A DNA stretch of 61,630 bases, filler included, from Sphacelaria rigidula (GCA_964200075.2; 5 parts of 5 records of this genome joined end to end with filler, not necessarily neighbours in it), one strand, 5' to 3'; positions 1-13,278 are shown, numbered from the whole stretch's first letter. Numbers and translations: made by a program. Notes: a model not told the origin generated them from the letters alone.

Positions 1-46
<46 letters not shown>

Positions 47-71
47 CAATGATAACAACAATGATAACAAC
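1..71. repeat. (AAT)n/(AAC)-type microsatellite in an intron
   Basis: Direct: ataataataa... grading into acaatgataacaac. Confidence 0.95.
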
Positions 72-144
72 ATACGCACAAAAAGTTGAACGACGAACTG
101 GTCCAAACGCGTTATGCGAAAGAAACAGTCTGTACACGCCGCAC

Positions 145-318
145 CTGCAGGGCCGACAAAGCCGCCTCTAAGAGCTTGGCCAACGTCTCCTCCCCGGGGT
201 CATACACCAACAAATCAGCCACCGCCGCCGCGAGACAGTTCGTCTGCCGTCTCGACATCGCGTCGTAAGCGCCGGACAAGGTTGCCGTGACCAGAGGGAC
301 GGCTACCCGCTCCACCAA
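145..318 (-). CDS. GCFC2/PAXBP1-like protein, GCFC-domain exon (last visible; gene continues off contig)
   Basis: LVERVAVPLVTATLSGAYDAMSRRQT resembles the PAXBP1 segment VEKVILP..WDPFSTTQT. cag|TTG acceptor and CAG|gtgcgg donor, phase 0. Confidence 0.85.
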
Positions 319-1590
319 CTGCCGCCGCGGTTTCATCGGAGCGTGTTGTGTTCGGTGCCCGCGAATGTTGGGGTGAGGATGAGGAGGCGTGTTGAGGGGA
401 GGGGGCGGCGGGGGGAGTTAATGGGACACGTTGAAACGCCCTAGTCTAGGTTTCTTACATGCTACACGACCCCGGGTGACATCCCCGGAGTCAATGCCAT
501 AAGGTATCTCGTTGGTTAATTGACTGGTCGATTGTCGCACACCGACTGATCCGCTACGGTCATAATCCAGTCATGGTCATAATCCAGAAGATAGAATCAT
601 CCAAGGTACACAAAACGAAAGCACTCGCTCAAGGGAAAAGTCAGCATCGGGTTGAGGCATGGCATCAATCCCCCTGTTTCGGGGACGCAAAACCCGCTCA
701 GATAGATCCTAGGTGGTGCACTGTTACTAGTCGAATCATACGCGACAACCTTCCACTTTGGCTGAGAACAATCTTCATCATCAGCGAGGTGGTGGCGAAT
801 CTTGGACTTACCAAACTGTGCCCAAGACCAACCACCTTGGTTGAAAACAATCTTGAGTATCGATTTAGGGGTTGGGGAGCACGGGATACGCGGTACATTG
901 TCAGTCATTTTGGGATAGATGGATGGTGCTCGCAAGCAGACATGCGCTTGTCGACGTCGAAGTTCAGCCAGTGAAATCGATCTGAGAGGAGGTATGGTGC
1001 GCTCCGAAGCGCTGTAATGCAGTGAGGGTTGGGCTTCTTGTTCATCGCTCTCAATGAAAGTACTCCGGAGTCCCGTTACGGCTCTCAGTTGATAAATGGT
1101 AAGGTGGTCGGCAACATCGCCCAGGTCTTGGACTCCACTTTGACATGCCCAATACGTTCTTCAATGCCGCCCCCGACTCGACAGGGAGAGTTCTCACGTT
1201 CAAGGGATCTACCAATCTCTCCCCCGATAGGAAGGGTGCTCCATCCCGAAAGGGATGCGTGGCCAATGGCCAAACGACCAAGGCAACCAACAAATGACGT
1301 ACGCCCCCTCCCCCCAGTACCCCCCCCCGTCTCGAAAGGGATACGTGGTCAACGGTTAAACGACTAAGGCAGGCAACAAACGTTTACGCTCCCCTCCCCG
1401 GCCGACCGGTGCCCGCCTTGCACTGTACTGTGCAGCGTTGGATCATGACCCTCACGATATGTCGACCCCTACTATCGAATCCTGTGCTCTCGCTTGGAAT
1501 ATCATGATAAGGAGGTCATTCAAGAACAACTGCGATGCAACAGGATCCAGTACAAAAATAAAAAATAAAAAAAATCAGTTCACCAGCCAA

Positions 1591-2498
1591 GGTCGCTCCC
1601 CTGATGGTTCGAGAAAATATATATATTTTGGGAAAAGTGCCTTTTTGACCCTTCCGCGTCGTTTTTCGCCCGAGAAAGTGGCTAGAGGCTGGGCTGATGC
1701 CGCCACCTCCGAATGATTTTCCGAATGGTTTCCGGCACGCTTTCGTGTTTTCCGGGTTAGCTCCCAAAAACTGCTGTAAAAAAAATGACAAGGGGACTGA
1801 AACAGTAGTCACGATGGGGGTCTGTGCCAATACTCACGGAAGGGGGCACCTGTAAAAATACTCCCGACAGAATATCTGTAAAAATGCTCACGATAAGAAG
1901 ATTCGTGAAAATACTCGAGGGAGCGGTCCGTGGAAATACTCGGGGCATGGGGGGTGTAAAAATAATCACGATGGGGGTTCCGTGAAATACTCAGGGCAGG
2001 GGGGGGGGGGGGAAAACTCATGAAATGGTGACTGTAAAAAAACCCGGGGAAGGGGGGGCAGGCGCGGAAACGTAGGAAANNNNNNNNNNGGGGCAGCGGG
2101 AGAGGGCAGGGTGGGTGGTGATAAAAGAAGGGCGGCGGGAGGTGCGGGGAATACGGGGGGGGGGGGGGGGGGGGGGGGAATACTCATGACATGGTGACTG
2201 TAAAAATACTCAGGACAAGGGGGGCATGCGCGGAAACGTATGCAACAACAAAAAAAGCATACTTTTCTCTGAGCTTTTTTTGACCGTCTGCGCAGGAAAT
2301 TGCATATTACTACTGCAGCCGTCGGAAAGTGCAAAGGTGCCCTTGAGACCGCCTCGACGGGATTTAGCAAAAAAGTATTTGCTGACATGTCAAAATCCGC
2401 CTTTACTAGCCCCATTGTTCGACGTACATTTGACGAAAAAGGACTCAGAAACAGGCTTTCCAAGGTTTTTTTTTTTTGCGGACCATGAAAAAGCGGCC
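1591..2498. mobile_element. Putative non-autonomous TIR element with internal GTAAAAATACTC-type repeats
   Basis: Imperfect TIR ggtcgctcccctgatggttcgagaaaa / ttttgcggaccatgaaaaagcggcc; about 8 internal aaatactc units; no clear TSD. Confidence 0.45.
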
Positions 2499-2605
2499 TC
2501 AGCACCAACATGTTACAACCACCAGGAACCTCATCAACCACCACAAAATCACACACACGCATACACATAAATAATCAAACACACCAATCATACGAGATGC
2601 CATAC

Positions 2606-2815
2606 CTTCGGTATGAGATTCTGGTCTGGATCCTCCTCCTCCTCTCCGTACCCCGCCGACTTCGGCGGAGGGATATTCTCGGAAAAGTTCTCCAGCGTAG
2701 AGTACCACTCGAACCTCTCCAATACAACGTCATGGTCACCGCCTCCCGCCGTGCTGGCAGCACCGTCGGCTTTCGCCTTGCCCACTGTCCCGGTTAACGG
2801 ATCCCACTTAAGTAG
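2606..2815 (-). CDS. GCFC2/PAXBP1-like exon
   Basis: LLKWDPL...LERFEWYSTLENFS...DPDQNLIPK. aag| acceptor and AAG|gtatgg donor; in frame with neighbouring exons. Confidence 0.85.
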
Positions 2816-3761
2816 CTTTTTTTCCCCGATTAGGGGATCGGGGGAGAGGGATACGATACGGTGTGGTGCGGTGAGATGGGGCGGGGAGGGGGGGGGCGGG
2901 GCGTTAACAACAATAAGATTGGCTCCAAATAATGGTGGGACAGGATTGACGAAGTTGATGGTGGATCCGGAGTCTGCTGAAGTGAAGTGTAAAGTTTCAG
3001 TTTGACTGGTTTCTCTCGCCCGATAATTTTCTTTTCTTTTTTTCTCGAGTTTTTTAGGTCAGTGTCTGCACGTACTAGGCAGTGCTATCACGGCTGGATT
3101 CATACAGCAGGCCAGTCAATATGCGACGATTAAGCACTTGGATCACTCAAATTACTTACTCAGTCAAATCGATCGGTTAATGAATCATATTGTCTTTCCC
3201 TTGCTCAAAAAAATAAATCAAATGACCAACCATCCATCCATCCATCCATCCATCCATCCAATTAATTAATTAATTAAATTTATTTAAATTATAATCCCAT
3301 AAATGGGCAGTAAAAGTGAAAACAAATATATAGTCATGAAACACGCTAAACTATAAACACATTTTCTTACCCCTCCCCTCTCCTCCCCTCCCCGGAAAAA
3401 GTATCCTAATATCTGCACGCACGATCATAGTTATTTGGTGTTTAGAACCCGAAACCACCCAACGACTACAACCCGCGCCAGGGAGGGGGGTGGGGCTGCA
3501 AACTCTGCTGGAAAATGAATTCACTAGTGACCAACCCCTCCCCACGAGCCTCTGGTATGGACCCGGGCTCGATTCACAACGCTCATAACCAGCCCGTATC
3601 CCGTAATGGGGAGGGGGGTGTACTCATGATCATGCATGCCATAGTCACGAGACCAATGGGAAGGGGGGGGCGTACTCATTTGTTGCTTGCCTTAGTCATT
3701 TGACCATTGACCACGCATCCCTTTCGAGACGGAGCACTGGGAAGGGGGGGGGGGAGTACTC

Positions 3762-4925
3762 ATTTGTTACTTGCCTAGGTTATTTGACCATTGAGTTTGT
3801 GTCCCTTGCGAGACGGAGCACCATTCCTACTCCTACCAGAGACATCTCCAACATCAGGGCGCTTATTACGTTCCTTCAATAATTTACACGAGAACCTTGT
3901 ACAGATCTTCAACCCTTCCTGTTTCGTCGTCTATGGCCATCATCCATCTGCTAGTATAGCCATCGTTTTCTCGCTCCTGCGATGTACCAAACGAGATCAT
4001 TTCCTCCCTTCGTTAACTTTCCACATTTCCCTCTCTACCACGTCCCGTTCCTGCTTCTGTAGTTCACATTCTGCCACTATTATGAGTTCTACTCTCTATC
4101 GCTTTGCCACAGGGGCAATTCTGTGTATCTACTTCCTCCTCCACGGGGCCACTGGTATATGATATCTCTTTATTCTTCTCTGGCAGATCCAGGCCCCCCA
4201 CCCGAAATCACACTTTCAAGTTTTCGCGTAGTCAATTGGGCCGTGCAGATATGTTTTCATTCATACCCCTCCCTCGTCTACTTAGGTGCTCTTCCTCGTC
4301 TACTTTGCGTCTGAGCGCTTCTCTCCCCCTTGTTCATACCATGTCTCTTACTTTCGTCTTGTACCCTCCACCTTTACCTATGGACATTATCTCGTCCAAG
4401 TTTCCTCCTATTTCCTTCCATACTTTCTCCACTACGCCATCCCATCTTATTCCAGCCTGCCCTTTCGTCATTTTCTTCCATACAGCCTCATCAATTACGG
4501 CCGGCAATTTCGCCCTCGGCATATTTCTTGCGTTATATTGTCATTTCAATTTATCATGTTCCTCTATGTGTTGAGTGGGTACATTTCCGGCTCTGCTCTC
4601 AACATTGTACTACTCGACGTCGTTGAGCATCAAGGCATTTTCCTAGCCGCCGTCATGAGTACAGTTTCTAGCTGCTTCGCCAACTTCGCGTTCCCTTCCC
4701 ATACTTCTCCTGCATCTTCTCGCTTCGGTATAATCACACTCATCGGGACACATATCTTTACCCTAGTATCGACGTGTGAGTCTCCTATTAATAGGGTCAC
4801 GTTCATCTTGCCTATCCATGCCTTATCCTTTCCTACCCAAGAACACGTCCTTTATATCTCTACGCCACGATATGTTTACTGGTCCACGACCAGCAATTCC
4901 TCTTTCTCCACTTCCTTTCAAACTT
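3762..4925 (-). mobile_element. 5'-truncated degenerate LINE (end of RT, C-terminal domain and 3' tail)
   Basis: Minus translation VVDQ*TYRGVEI (RT Y-x-Y-L-G-like motif), KLAKQLETVLMTAARK, RWDGVVEKVWKEIGG, CPCGKAIESRTH, with stops and frameshifts. Short copies of the same 3' tail at about 1230-1290, 1335-1385, 3675-3740, 5545-5720 and 10285-10345. Confidence 0.75.
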
Positions 4926-5723
4926 TACCGGGTTCTCCTTATTTTCGTTACACAACCACCACATCTTGTGAAGGGAAGGGGGGGGGGGGGGGGGGGGGGG
5001 TTGAGCAGGAAAGTAAAAGATGCCCGGGTGCGTAATATTTTTGTGGTTTTGTTTTTTCCCCGGCCAAAAANNNNNNNNNNTCTCCTTTTTTCTCTCTTTC
5101 CTCCACCACCCCCCTCCCTGGTGGGGGGGGGGGGGGGGGGGGGGGGGGGGTGGCTAGCCGTTGAATGCAAGACTGCCCGTTGCCTGAATATCTGCTGGAT
5201 ATCGTATGTACCCTGCCTACACGAGAGAGAGAGAGAGAGAGAGAGGAAGAGACGAATGCTGCAGCTACAATCTTCACGAACTCTTGATGCTACAGAGTAA
5301 TAGGGTATTGGTTGACCTTGACAGTCCTTCTCTTGCTCTACCGCAGTGACCTCTTTTTCCCGGCAGTAAAATACCACCATTTTTCACTCAAGACAAAGAG
5401 TCATTTTTGGTTCTACAGAAGAATTGAAAATAGTTCAATCGCAAATGTTAATTATGCACCTACACATTAATGTTAGGTCCTCGCACAAACTTCACCATGG
5501 CTTCATCACCAACTCATCCCTCCATCATACGAGGAAATAGATGGTGGCCACAGACGGCGAAACAAGAGGGGAATAATATGTATATTTTTTGTGTAATATA
5601 GGGAAGAAAGGCAATGAACGCCCCAATGTTGAAGATATCTCTATTAGGAGTAGGAACGGTGCTCCGCCTCGAAAGGGATTGGTGGTCAGTAGTTTAATAC
5701 GACTAGGGCAAACAACATATGAG

Positions 5724-5793
<70 letters not shown>

Positions 5794-6194
5794 CCCACAC
5801 CCCCCCCGCCTCNNNNNNNNNNAGGGAGGGGAACGGGGGCCCGCCCCCAAGGGGGTGGGTGGTTGAGTTTTTTAAACCGCTAAGGCAAAAAAACCAGAGA
5901 GCCCCCCCCCCCCCCCCCCCCCCGTCACCATTCCCCGCAACTACACGAGACTGTGAAATGGATCATGACCCTGTTTCATTTTCTCTACTATCGTGCCGAA
6001 CACTTACCCTACTAAGAGCAGACTTTCCTAAACAGATAGTTTCGAGTCACAATTGCGGTGTGCTCAGAGAGAGAGATTCGCCGAAAGTTGACTTTTGGAC
6101 GACTGGAAGATGACAACATCTACATGGAGGAAGGAAGTGAACTTGTGCGTGGAGAGGCCACGACAAACCGACGACCGCTGATGCTACTACGCAC

Positions 6195-6314
6195 CTCCAA
6201 GCGCACGAACGGCGCCAGCAGGTCGGGGATTGTAAGGGTGCAGTAGGCCTGAGCATACTCGTCCCCGTGATCCCGCTTCCACTCTTCGAACAGTGCCTTC
6301 ACCGCCGAAAGAGA
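6195..6314 (-). CDS. GCFC2/PAXBP1-like exon (start of GCFC domain)
   Basis: SLSAVKALFEEWKRDHGDEYAQAYCTLTIPDLLAPFVRLE matches the GCFC motif FEaWr..Y..AY..l.lP.l..P.iRl. GAG|gtgcgt donor. Confidence 0.9.
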
Positions 6315-7373
6315 CTTGTTTGGTTTCGTGTGGAGAATGGAAAAAAAAAAAACAGGCGAGTAAAAACAAGGAAGGGAAGATGCATTAGAAGATGATGACT
6401 TCGCACCCACCTGTACCCCCCCCCCCCCTCAAAGGGTTGGCGTCGGTTCGCAATGATGCTGTGAAGTACGCCATTCACTGCGTAAGCTATTATAGGCAAC
6501 CAGATTACCACTCTTACTTCTCGATAGCGTTCTTTTTTTTTCGCGGTAAGCATGATGACATGACGATGCTCGAGCAAGATCATATCGTACGGGATAGGAG
6601 AACCTCAACTTCGCGCAAAGGGTATGATTGCATCACGTAGTATTCAAATGGTGAGACGCCCATGGGGCAGGCTGTCTCTAGAAGCGGCGATATCAGAAAA
6701 TGAAGCACTTCATTCGAGGCTGTCATCCACGTCCAAGATACTTGGTGCGCTTCGAGCCATGAATCTTGGCAGGATACAGGCCACTCCTCATGCAATCCGC
6801 TAAATACATCACGGCGCTTCGCGCTTGGTGATTGATTGTGAGCCTAGTCCGGCGAAAACCCGGCGTGCTCCGTCCCGGTTTTGTAGAGACGCGAGGTCAA
6901 CGGTCTTATGACTACGGCATGCAAGATCATGAGCACACACCCTCCCCCGCCGCCCTCCCTCGCCGACGACAACATGCGTCATGTTCCAAGAACGAAACAA
7001 AGGGTTGATGTGCTTGTACTACCTGCCGCACGATCCTCCGAAAGAGAGAAGGAACATTTTCGTTGCCGATAGGTATGGACTATTGTGTGCGGAGGATGAC
7101 ATATCCAAATATAAAGCGTCAGAAAAAAATGACTCACCCACCGCTTTGGTTATGTGTGACTGGGGGTATTGAGCATCATAGCTGCATGACGAAACGAAAT
7201 CTCGCGAAACAGGAACATATTGCAGCACGATTCTCCGAAATATACCCGAGAACTTCGCAACCGACACAAACATGTCCTGGAGTATGATCGCAACTATAGC
7301 GGCACTGTGCGGCCGAAGGACCGACGCGCGACGCGTTGACGAAAAACGAAAATAACAAAAAAACAGAACCTAC

Positions 7374-7418
7374 ACAACAACAATGATAACAATGATAACA
7401 ACGATGACAACAACGATG

Positions 7419-7461
<43 letters not shown>

Positions 7462-7476
7462 CGACAACAACGACAC
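7374..7476. repeat. (CAA)n microsatellite
   Basis: Direct. Confidence 0.95.
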
Positions 7477-7578
7477 ATAATAAGTGCAGAAATCCACAGA
7501 CCAACACCGGTTAACGATCCAAACATTCAACTACCCATCCAGCAGACCCACTCAGAAGCAGCAAAACACAGCACACAC

Positions 7579-8094
7579 CTTAACCTCGTCATCCACATCC
7601 TCCATCACCATCTCCGCGGCCTCCAACACCTTCCCTACCCGCTCCCCGAACCTCTCTCCCTCCCCCTCGCTCTCCTCGCCCCCCGAACCCAAAGCCTCCG
7701 TGATTTCCCCCCGCTCCTTCTCCCCCCACGGAAAAGCGCGCCCCTCAATCCATCGCTCCCCTGCCTCCGCCCCACTTCTTCTAAGCCTCCTCCGTCGAGT
7801 TTCCCTCTCTACCCCCCGCCGTATTCTATCCTCGGCGCCGACAGACCGGACCTCGCCGCCGGCGCTGCTGCTACCGGCGCCGCTGCTACCGGCGCGGGCG
7901 CCGTCGGGGTAGGCTCTGGAGAGGGCGCCGCCCGGGGTTGGACGGTAGGGGCGTAGGGTTGTGATGGTGGCGCCTGCGGCGAGGGCGTCTAGGATTTCGT
8001 CCTCTTGGTCTTCTTGCCGGACGGTGAGCTGTGCGTTGAGCCTGCGGGAGTAAATTAACCGTTTGGCTTCTTCTACCTCTGACAGCATGCTCTC
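7579..8094 (-). CDS. GCFC2/PAXBP1-like exon
   Basis: ESMLSEVEEAK...RQEDQEDE...KVLEAAEMVMEDVDDEVK. tttttcag| acceptor and AAG|gtgtgt donor; phase 0. Confidence 0.85.
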
Positions 8095-8551
8095 CTGAAA
8101 AAGTCCACGTTGGTGATGGGTAGTCGTTGTCGGCGTCCGTGGTGGTGGGGTGGTCGTTGTTGGTGACGGGTGGTCGTTGATGGTGGTGGGATGGTTATTG
8201 GCGGCGTAGCGCCCGTTCGCGACACCGCCCCACCCCCGAGAAAAAATGAGGAGCAAACGGGCAAACAAATATTGGAACACAGAAAAAAAGTGAATTATAA
8301 TACAACAGTTCGCTCGGTGACGAAACACAAGTCCTTCCATTGTGCATCGCAAACATGGACATGAAACAAGAAGTTGTAGAGCAGGCAGTGCAAGACTATC
8401 AACAGCTAGCGCCACCTTCTGAAACCATGCTCGTCTACACCTTTCCTTCGAGCCGTTGTGTCATATGATACAGAGCTTGAAGTGCATGGCATAGAGCTCA
8501 AGTGCATGTATCTACTCTAATTACATGTTGAGGATGCAGACGGTCACGAAC

Positions 8552-8689
8552 CTTTTCCCTCAGCATGCCGCATAGATCGGACAGGTCATTTCTTGTCCGT
8601 TGGAAAAAGGTGAACCTTGCAGCCACCTTGTGTTGGTCCTCGGCCAGTTTCTCTTCATCCTTCTTGTGTGTTTCCAGCTCGGATACCAA
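8552..8689 (-). CDS. GCFC2/PAXBP1-like exon (coiled-coil region)
   Basis: ...AARFTFFQRTRNDLSDLCGMLREK resembles the PAXBP1 segment RYKFLQEMRGYVQDLLECFSEK. ccccgcag| acceptor and AAG|gttcgt donor. Confidence 0.85.
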
Positions 8690-8771
8690 CTGCGGGGGAA
8701 TAAAAACAACAAACGGCGAACAGGAGGGGATGCAAGTTGCCGATTTCGCGACTACTCTTTCCCTCTGAAAA

Positions 8772-8821
<50 letters not shown>

Positions 8822-8838
8822 ATAATAATAATAATAAA
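8772..8838. repeat. (TAC)n(AAT)n compound microsatellite
   Basis: Direct. Confidence 0.95.
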
Positions 8839-9189
8839 TGAAGAAAAAAAAAACTCCCCTCGGTATTCATCCCTTAGCCACTGCAGCCCAGAGCGCCTAC
8901 TCAGATCCTCTGGAGTTCATTTTTATTTTTATTTTTGTCATAATCTCAATGCCCCCCCCCAGTAGCCTCTTCCTCGGCAGAAGTCCCAGGTTGCTCAAGC
9001 AGACATTAAACCATATTTCCACCGGCACTTGCTTTACGTCGCACTCTCCTATCGGGCACTGAATCAGCACTGCCATTGACCGCCGACATTCACACGGGAA
9101 AGAGGCCGTGCCCGAGAGTACCTCGAATTCTCAACGTATTCGCCACATCGGACAGCCCAGGGGTTTCTGGGATAGAACGAATGGTACCT

Positions 9190-9608
9190 GAGAAGATTTA
9201 TCTTCGAAAATGAGGCTGAACACTAAATTGAGGTTCCAGTCCAAAACAGTGCTTCCTCTGACCTGTAGTCATGACAAATTATCTTTATGTGGGCAACCTC
9301 ACGCCTGGGGGGTTTCCCGTCTTCCGTTTCCCCCAAGGGTATGATATGTGCGAAAGCACTTTCTTGCCTCGATTTTGGGGTGAAGAAAAGGGACGTTTTT
9401 AAGCCCGCAAATGGTGCTTTTGCGTACACCCTTCGGGAGAACGGAAGGCAGGAAACCCTCCAAACATAGAGTCAGGGAGGTCGGGGGAGCATGAGGTCGT
9501 TCGTATCAAATTATTTTGTCATGAGTTCAGGTCAAGGAGAGCTCCGTTATGAAGCACCGAACCTCATTCTAATGTTCAACCTAAAATTTCGAAGATAATC
9601 TCTTCGTG
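9190..9608. mobile_element. Foldback (palindromic) MITE, same family as 50554-50979
   Basis: Arms agatttatcttcgaaaatgagg... / ...cctaaaatttcgaagataatct; core (tatgtgcgaaagca...aaatggtgcttttgcgtacac) shared with the 50554 element. Confidence 0.75.
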
Positions 9609-10519
9609 AAAGGACTCAAGGTACCCTGGCTTCTTGGCACATTTGCGGTACCCAGTACCTCAGGGCACCTCTAACAGAACCCACGGTACCATGGGTTTTC
9701 AGGGTAATTACATTCATGAGTGTACCCCAGAGTACTCGGTGTTCTCACAGGTTCGCAGTCATGAGTACCCGTACCCCGAGCTGTCCGCACCTTTGCAGTC
9801 ACGAATACCCCAAGTTACCTGGGACAGGACCCACGGTACCCTCGGCTCTCAACGTATTTGCAACAACGGGGACCGCAGGGTATTTGGGATAGAACCCAGC
9901 GTCCTTGCATCATGTGGTTACCTGGGCGTGCCCTGTGGGTGATACCGTGATAGTGCACCCCCCCTCCCCCCCCCCATAGCAGCCCTAGAACCGTAACGAA
10001 TGAAATGGCAATATAGAGCACGATAGCTGGTTTCCGATAGCATGAAGCGCCTCATATGAGCGACCCTGGCAAAAACGACCTCAAGCGTGGGAGTTCCCAA
10101 CTACTCCGTGCACTCGGCTTTTGTCATGCTGATTTACATGCAGATTTTGCTTCCTCAAACCAGCCACTTTCCTGCGGGGGGTGTACTTATCATCATCCAT
10201 GAAATCATTGACCTCGCATCCCTACAAATCCTGGACCGAGCACGCCGGGTTTTTGCCTATTCCCTGGGGGAAGGGGGGGACGTACTCATTTGTTGCTTGC
10301 CTTAGTCGTTTGACCATTGACCACGCATCTCTTTCAAGACGGAGGGTAGGCGGGGGGGGGGGGGGGGTCCACGCGGCATCATGCCCAGGATTTCAGGGTT
10401 TTTTGGGTGGCCCGTCCCGAAGCGTTCTGGGGGCTTCTAGANNNNNNNNNNGGGGGGGGGGGGGGTGCGTTTTTCTTTGTGTGTTTGTTTCTCGTGCGGG
10501 TGCGCGCCGGGGCGAGGCA

Positions 10520-10558
<39 letters not shown>

Positions 10559-11441
10559 CTACCGCGGCATCAGTCCCATGTATTCAGCGTTTTTGCGGTG
10601 CCGCGTCCCAGAGCGTACCGGAGGTATCGAAAATCGAAAAAATTGACAATTCCAAGTGTACCGGTAGTATCGAATAAAACAAAATACCGAGCATTCCAGA
10701 GTACAGTACATCAAACATTGAGCCGTCCTTAATACCCGATTTTTACCCTACCTCACCCTCAGCACACTTTTTTTTTTTTTCTGAGGGGGGTTTCCCGAAG
10801 TTTTCGTTCTCACGACATCGAACCACGAAATCACTGTATATATATCAAATGCTTTTTTGCAGGGATTAAACTTCCCGAAGTCTTCCTGAAGTAGTGTTGG
10901 GATGTGTGTACCAGTTTCATCACCTCGGGCGCCAATACTGTGACGGATGACGATACGTAGCGAGGTATATTTAACCCAAATCGATCCGTCGTCAAATTCC
11001 ATGATTGGCACGTACACTTGCATTCATGGAGCCCAAAGCGTATCTCCATCGAAGGCTAAGACCAACCCTAGCCGTAAACACAAGGGAGAACCCTCGGACG
11101 AGAGAGGTTGCTTAGAGAGTGAGTGCTCTGTGCCGGCAAGAGCTCAAAACGGCGCCTGAAAACGCGTGCCAGTCATGCTGGCGAGCACCTGTGCCTGTCA
11201 GCCCCCGAAAGATCCGAATGTGATGGCCTACCCCAAAACAGCAAAATAGTCGATCAACCATGGAAATTTTTACAACGGGGTTGGGCAAAACTTTACCGTA
11301 CGGTCGTCATTGGTTCGGCCGCCCGACGGCATCCTATTTCATTCGAATCACGAGGATTCCTGTTTCTCGAATTTCTGTCCTCGCATTCAGCCAACGATGA
11401 GGGATGATGACTGTACCGCCAACGACCACCCTCACTCTCAC

Positions 11442-11709
11442 CACTTGCAACTGACGCTCGTTACGCTCATGCGCCTCTCGCAGCTGCCCCGCCGTCTCTC
11501 TTAAAATCTTCTGCATCTCCGCGACTCCCAGGAATTTGGGCCTGCTCGCTCCGCCCCACTGCCCGCCGCCGCCACTACTGCCGTTAGTGCCGTTAACGGC
11601 TACGGCCGTCGAGTTTCCACCCCAAGCCGGCGTTGCAGTTTTACTTTTTTGCTGTTGCTGTTCGCGGGAGGGTCTTGTGGCTCCGCGGCGCACCTGTTCA
11701 TCTTCCCAC
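11442..11709 (-). CDS. GCFC2/PAXBP1-like exon (first visible; 5' part off contig)
   Basis: WEDEQVRRG matches the family motif WEqEQirkG. ctacag| acceptor and GTG|gtgaga donor. Confidence 0.8.
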
Positions 11710-12249
11710 CTGTAGAGACATCATCGATACAGCACATGCCATAAATTTGCGTGTGTCATATTCCAGAGTGTATGTGTCACGTTCCAAGGGTGTATGTGTG
11801 TATGTAATGTGTCTGTGCCTCACACTCCAGAGCGTCTGCGCGAATGTGATAGCGCTACTAAGGAACACATGAGTACTTTGTATATCCTGCAAAGTTAGTG
11901 GTTGTCGAGCTAGGTGATCCCTCATATGGCGCCGGCTCCTATGTGCAATTCTGGCAACAACTCTCACTGATTGTACCGTGTAAATCACGGGGGCGTATCA
12001 CTCCCCCACACGGTGATAGTGATAAAAATCAGCCTCAGATTCAAGTCGTCAAACTGCGGCCGGCAATCCACCTCAGAGATGCATCGTTACGCACATATCT
12101 CGTCGATATCTGTCAGGAAACGGAATCTTTCGGTAGTGCGAAGGTCAGAGGATTGATACGCCTTAGTTATAGATCCCCCCCCCCCCAGCCTGGTCCGGCG
12201 AAAACCCGGCTTGCTCCGTCCCGGCTTTGTAGGGATGCGAGGTCTATGG

Positions 12250-12349
12250 NNNNNNNNNNNNNNNNNNNNNNNNNNNNNNNNNNNNNNNNNNNNTTAATTA
12301 ATTAANNNNNNNNNNNNNNNNNNNNNNNNNNNNNNNNNNNNNNNNNNNN
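12250..12349. other. Artificial contig linker
   Basis: N-run, TTAATTAATTAA (stops in six frames), N-run; 100 bp total. Confidence 0.98.
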
Positions 12350-12419
12350 TCTGGTCCCGTTCCCGTCCGTGGTACCGCGGTGCCTGGTCTGCTGCTGGGT
12401 TGCGTGGCGGGAGGGGGGG

Positions 12420-12633
12420 AACAGGGGAAACGACGGTTTCGGCCGGCGCGGTAAGCTCACAAAGTCGGTAAAATGCGCAGAAGAAGTATCTACGCGATCG
12501 AGGGGCGTTACGCTGACGAAAACGTCATTGGGCACCATCGCTGAAAGTGTGGGGAAAGCCCTTTTATGGGCTTGAACCTTATTTCATTGCGCAACCTCAT
12601 TTTGTTTTTCAACCCCATTTTCGAGAGTCGGCT
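12420..12633. mobile_element. Right arm of a foldback MITE of the 54930-55337 family
   Basis: gtaagctcacaaagtcggtaaaatgcgc...aaaacgtcattgggc...gaaccttatttcattg is near-identical to 55165-55310; ends ...gtcggctg. Confidence 0.7.
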
Positions 12634-13278
12634 GTTGAATGTACAACTCGCACTTCGTGTCTGTCCCGAGCTAGAGCAGGAGCCCAATATAGTAATCTGA
12701 CTCCCGGAATCAAATAAGTAACTCATGGCGTCGGTCGAGATTTCCGTCCTTGACATGGACATAGATTTGGACTTCTCATTTTTCATGGTACTTCAGAATC
12801 ACGATAGGACGCCGCCACCGCTACATGCGACAGAGAACATATACCTCCGTCGCCACAAGAGACGGGAACATGAGAACGGCAGGGTAGATGACACGCTCGA
12901 TCAAAAGCGTTGGTGTTCACCTTCCCCACCCAACCACCTCCCCCTGTACATACCCTCGCGGCAAATGTGGAGGGTCCCCAGGGCTAACTCGTGGGATGTG
13001 ACGTCCGGGCGTCTGCTGAGACGCCGCCCGGGGCAGCCCGAGCGTCACATACGACACCAGAACCGATCCCTAGGTAAGAGCATCTTCAATTTACTATTGT
13101 AGTAACCCCGCGAGCTATTGCAGAAGATGATGATCGCAAGCTCCTCACTGCTTGCTTCCAGGTGATGATTGCGGCTTTCGAACCAAACGCAGGACATGAG
13201 CATGCGTGGAATATATATATATATATAGTCATATGTATGCACAAGATTCCCTGACCCCGGCTCAGTAAACGTCAAATA

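Noticed and set aside
573-974. Possible retroelement fragment (FVYLG-like motif on the minus strand)
   Set aside because: Single short motif with no supporting context.
4104-5035. Plus-strand 156-aa and 249-aa ORFs
   Set aside because: Antisense to the degenerate LINE fragment.
5525-6113. Poly-Pro/poly-Gly ORFs (also near 2150, 5130 and 10520)
   Set aside because: Derived from long G/C homopolymers beside N gaps; likely low-quality sequence.
12294-12305. TTAATTAATTAA as a biological motif
   Set aside because: Six-frame stop linker added during concatenation.
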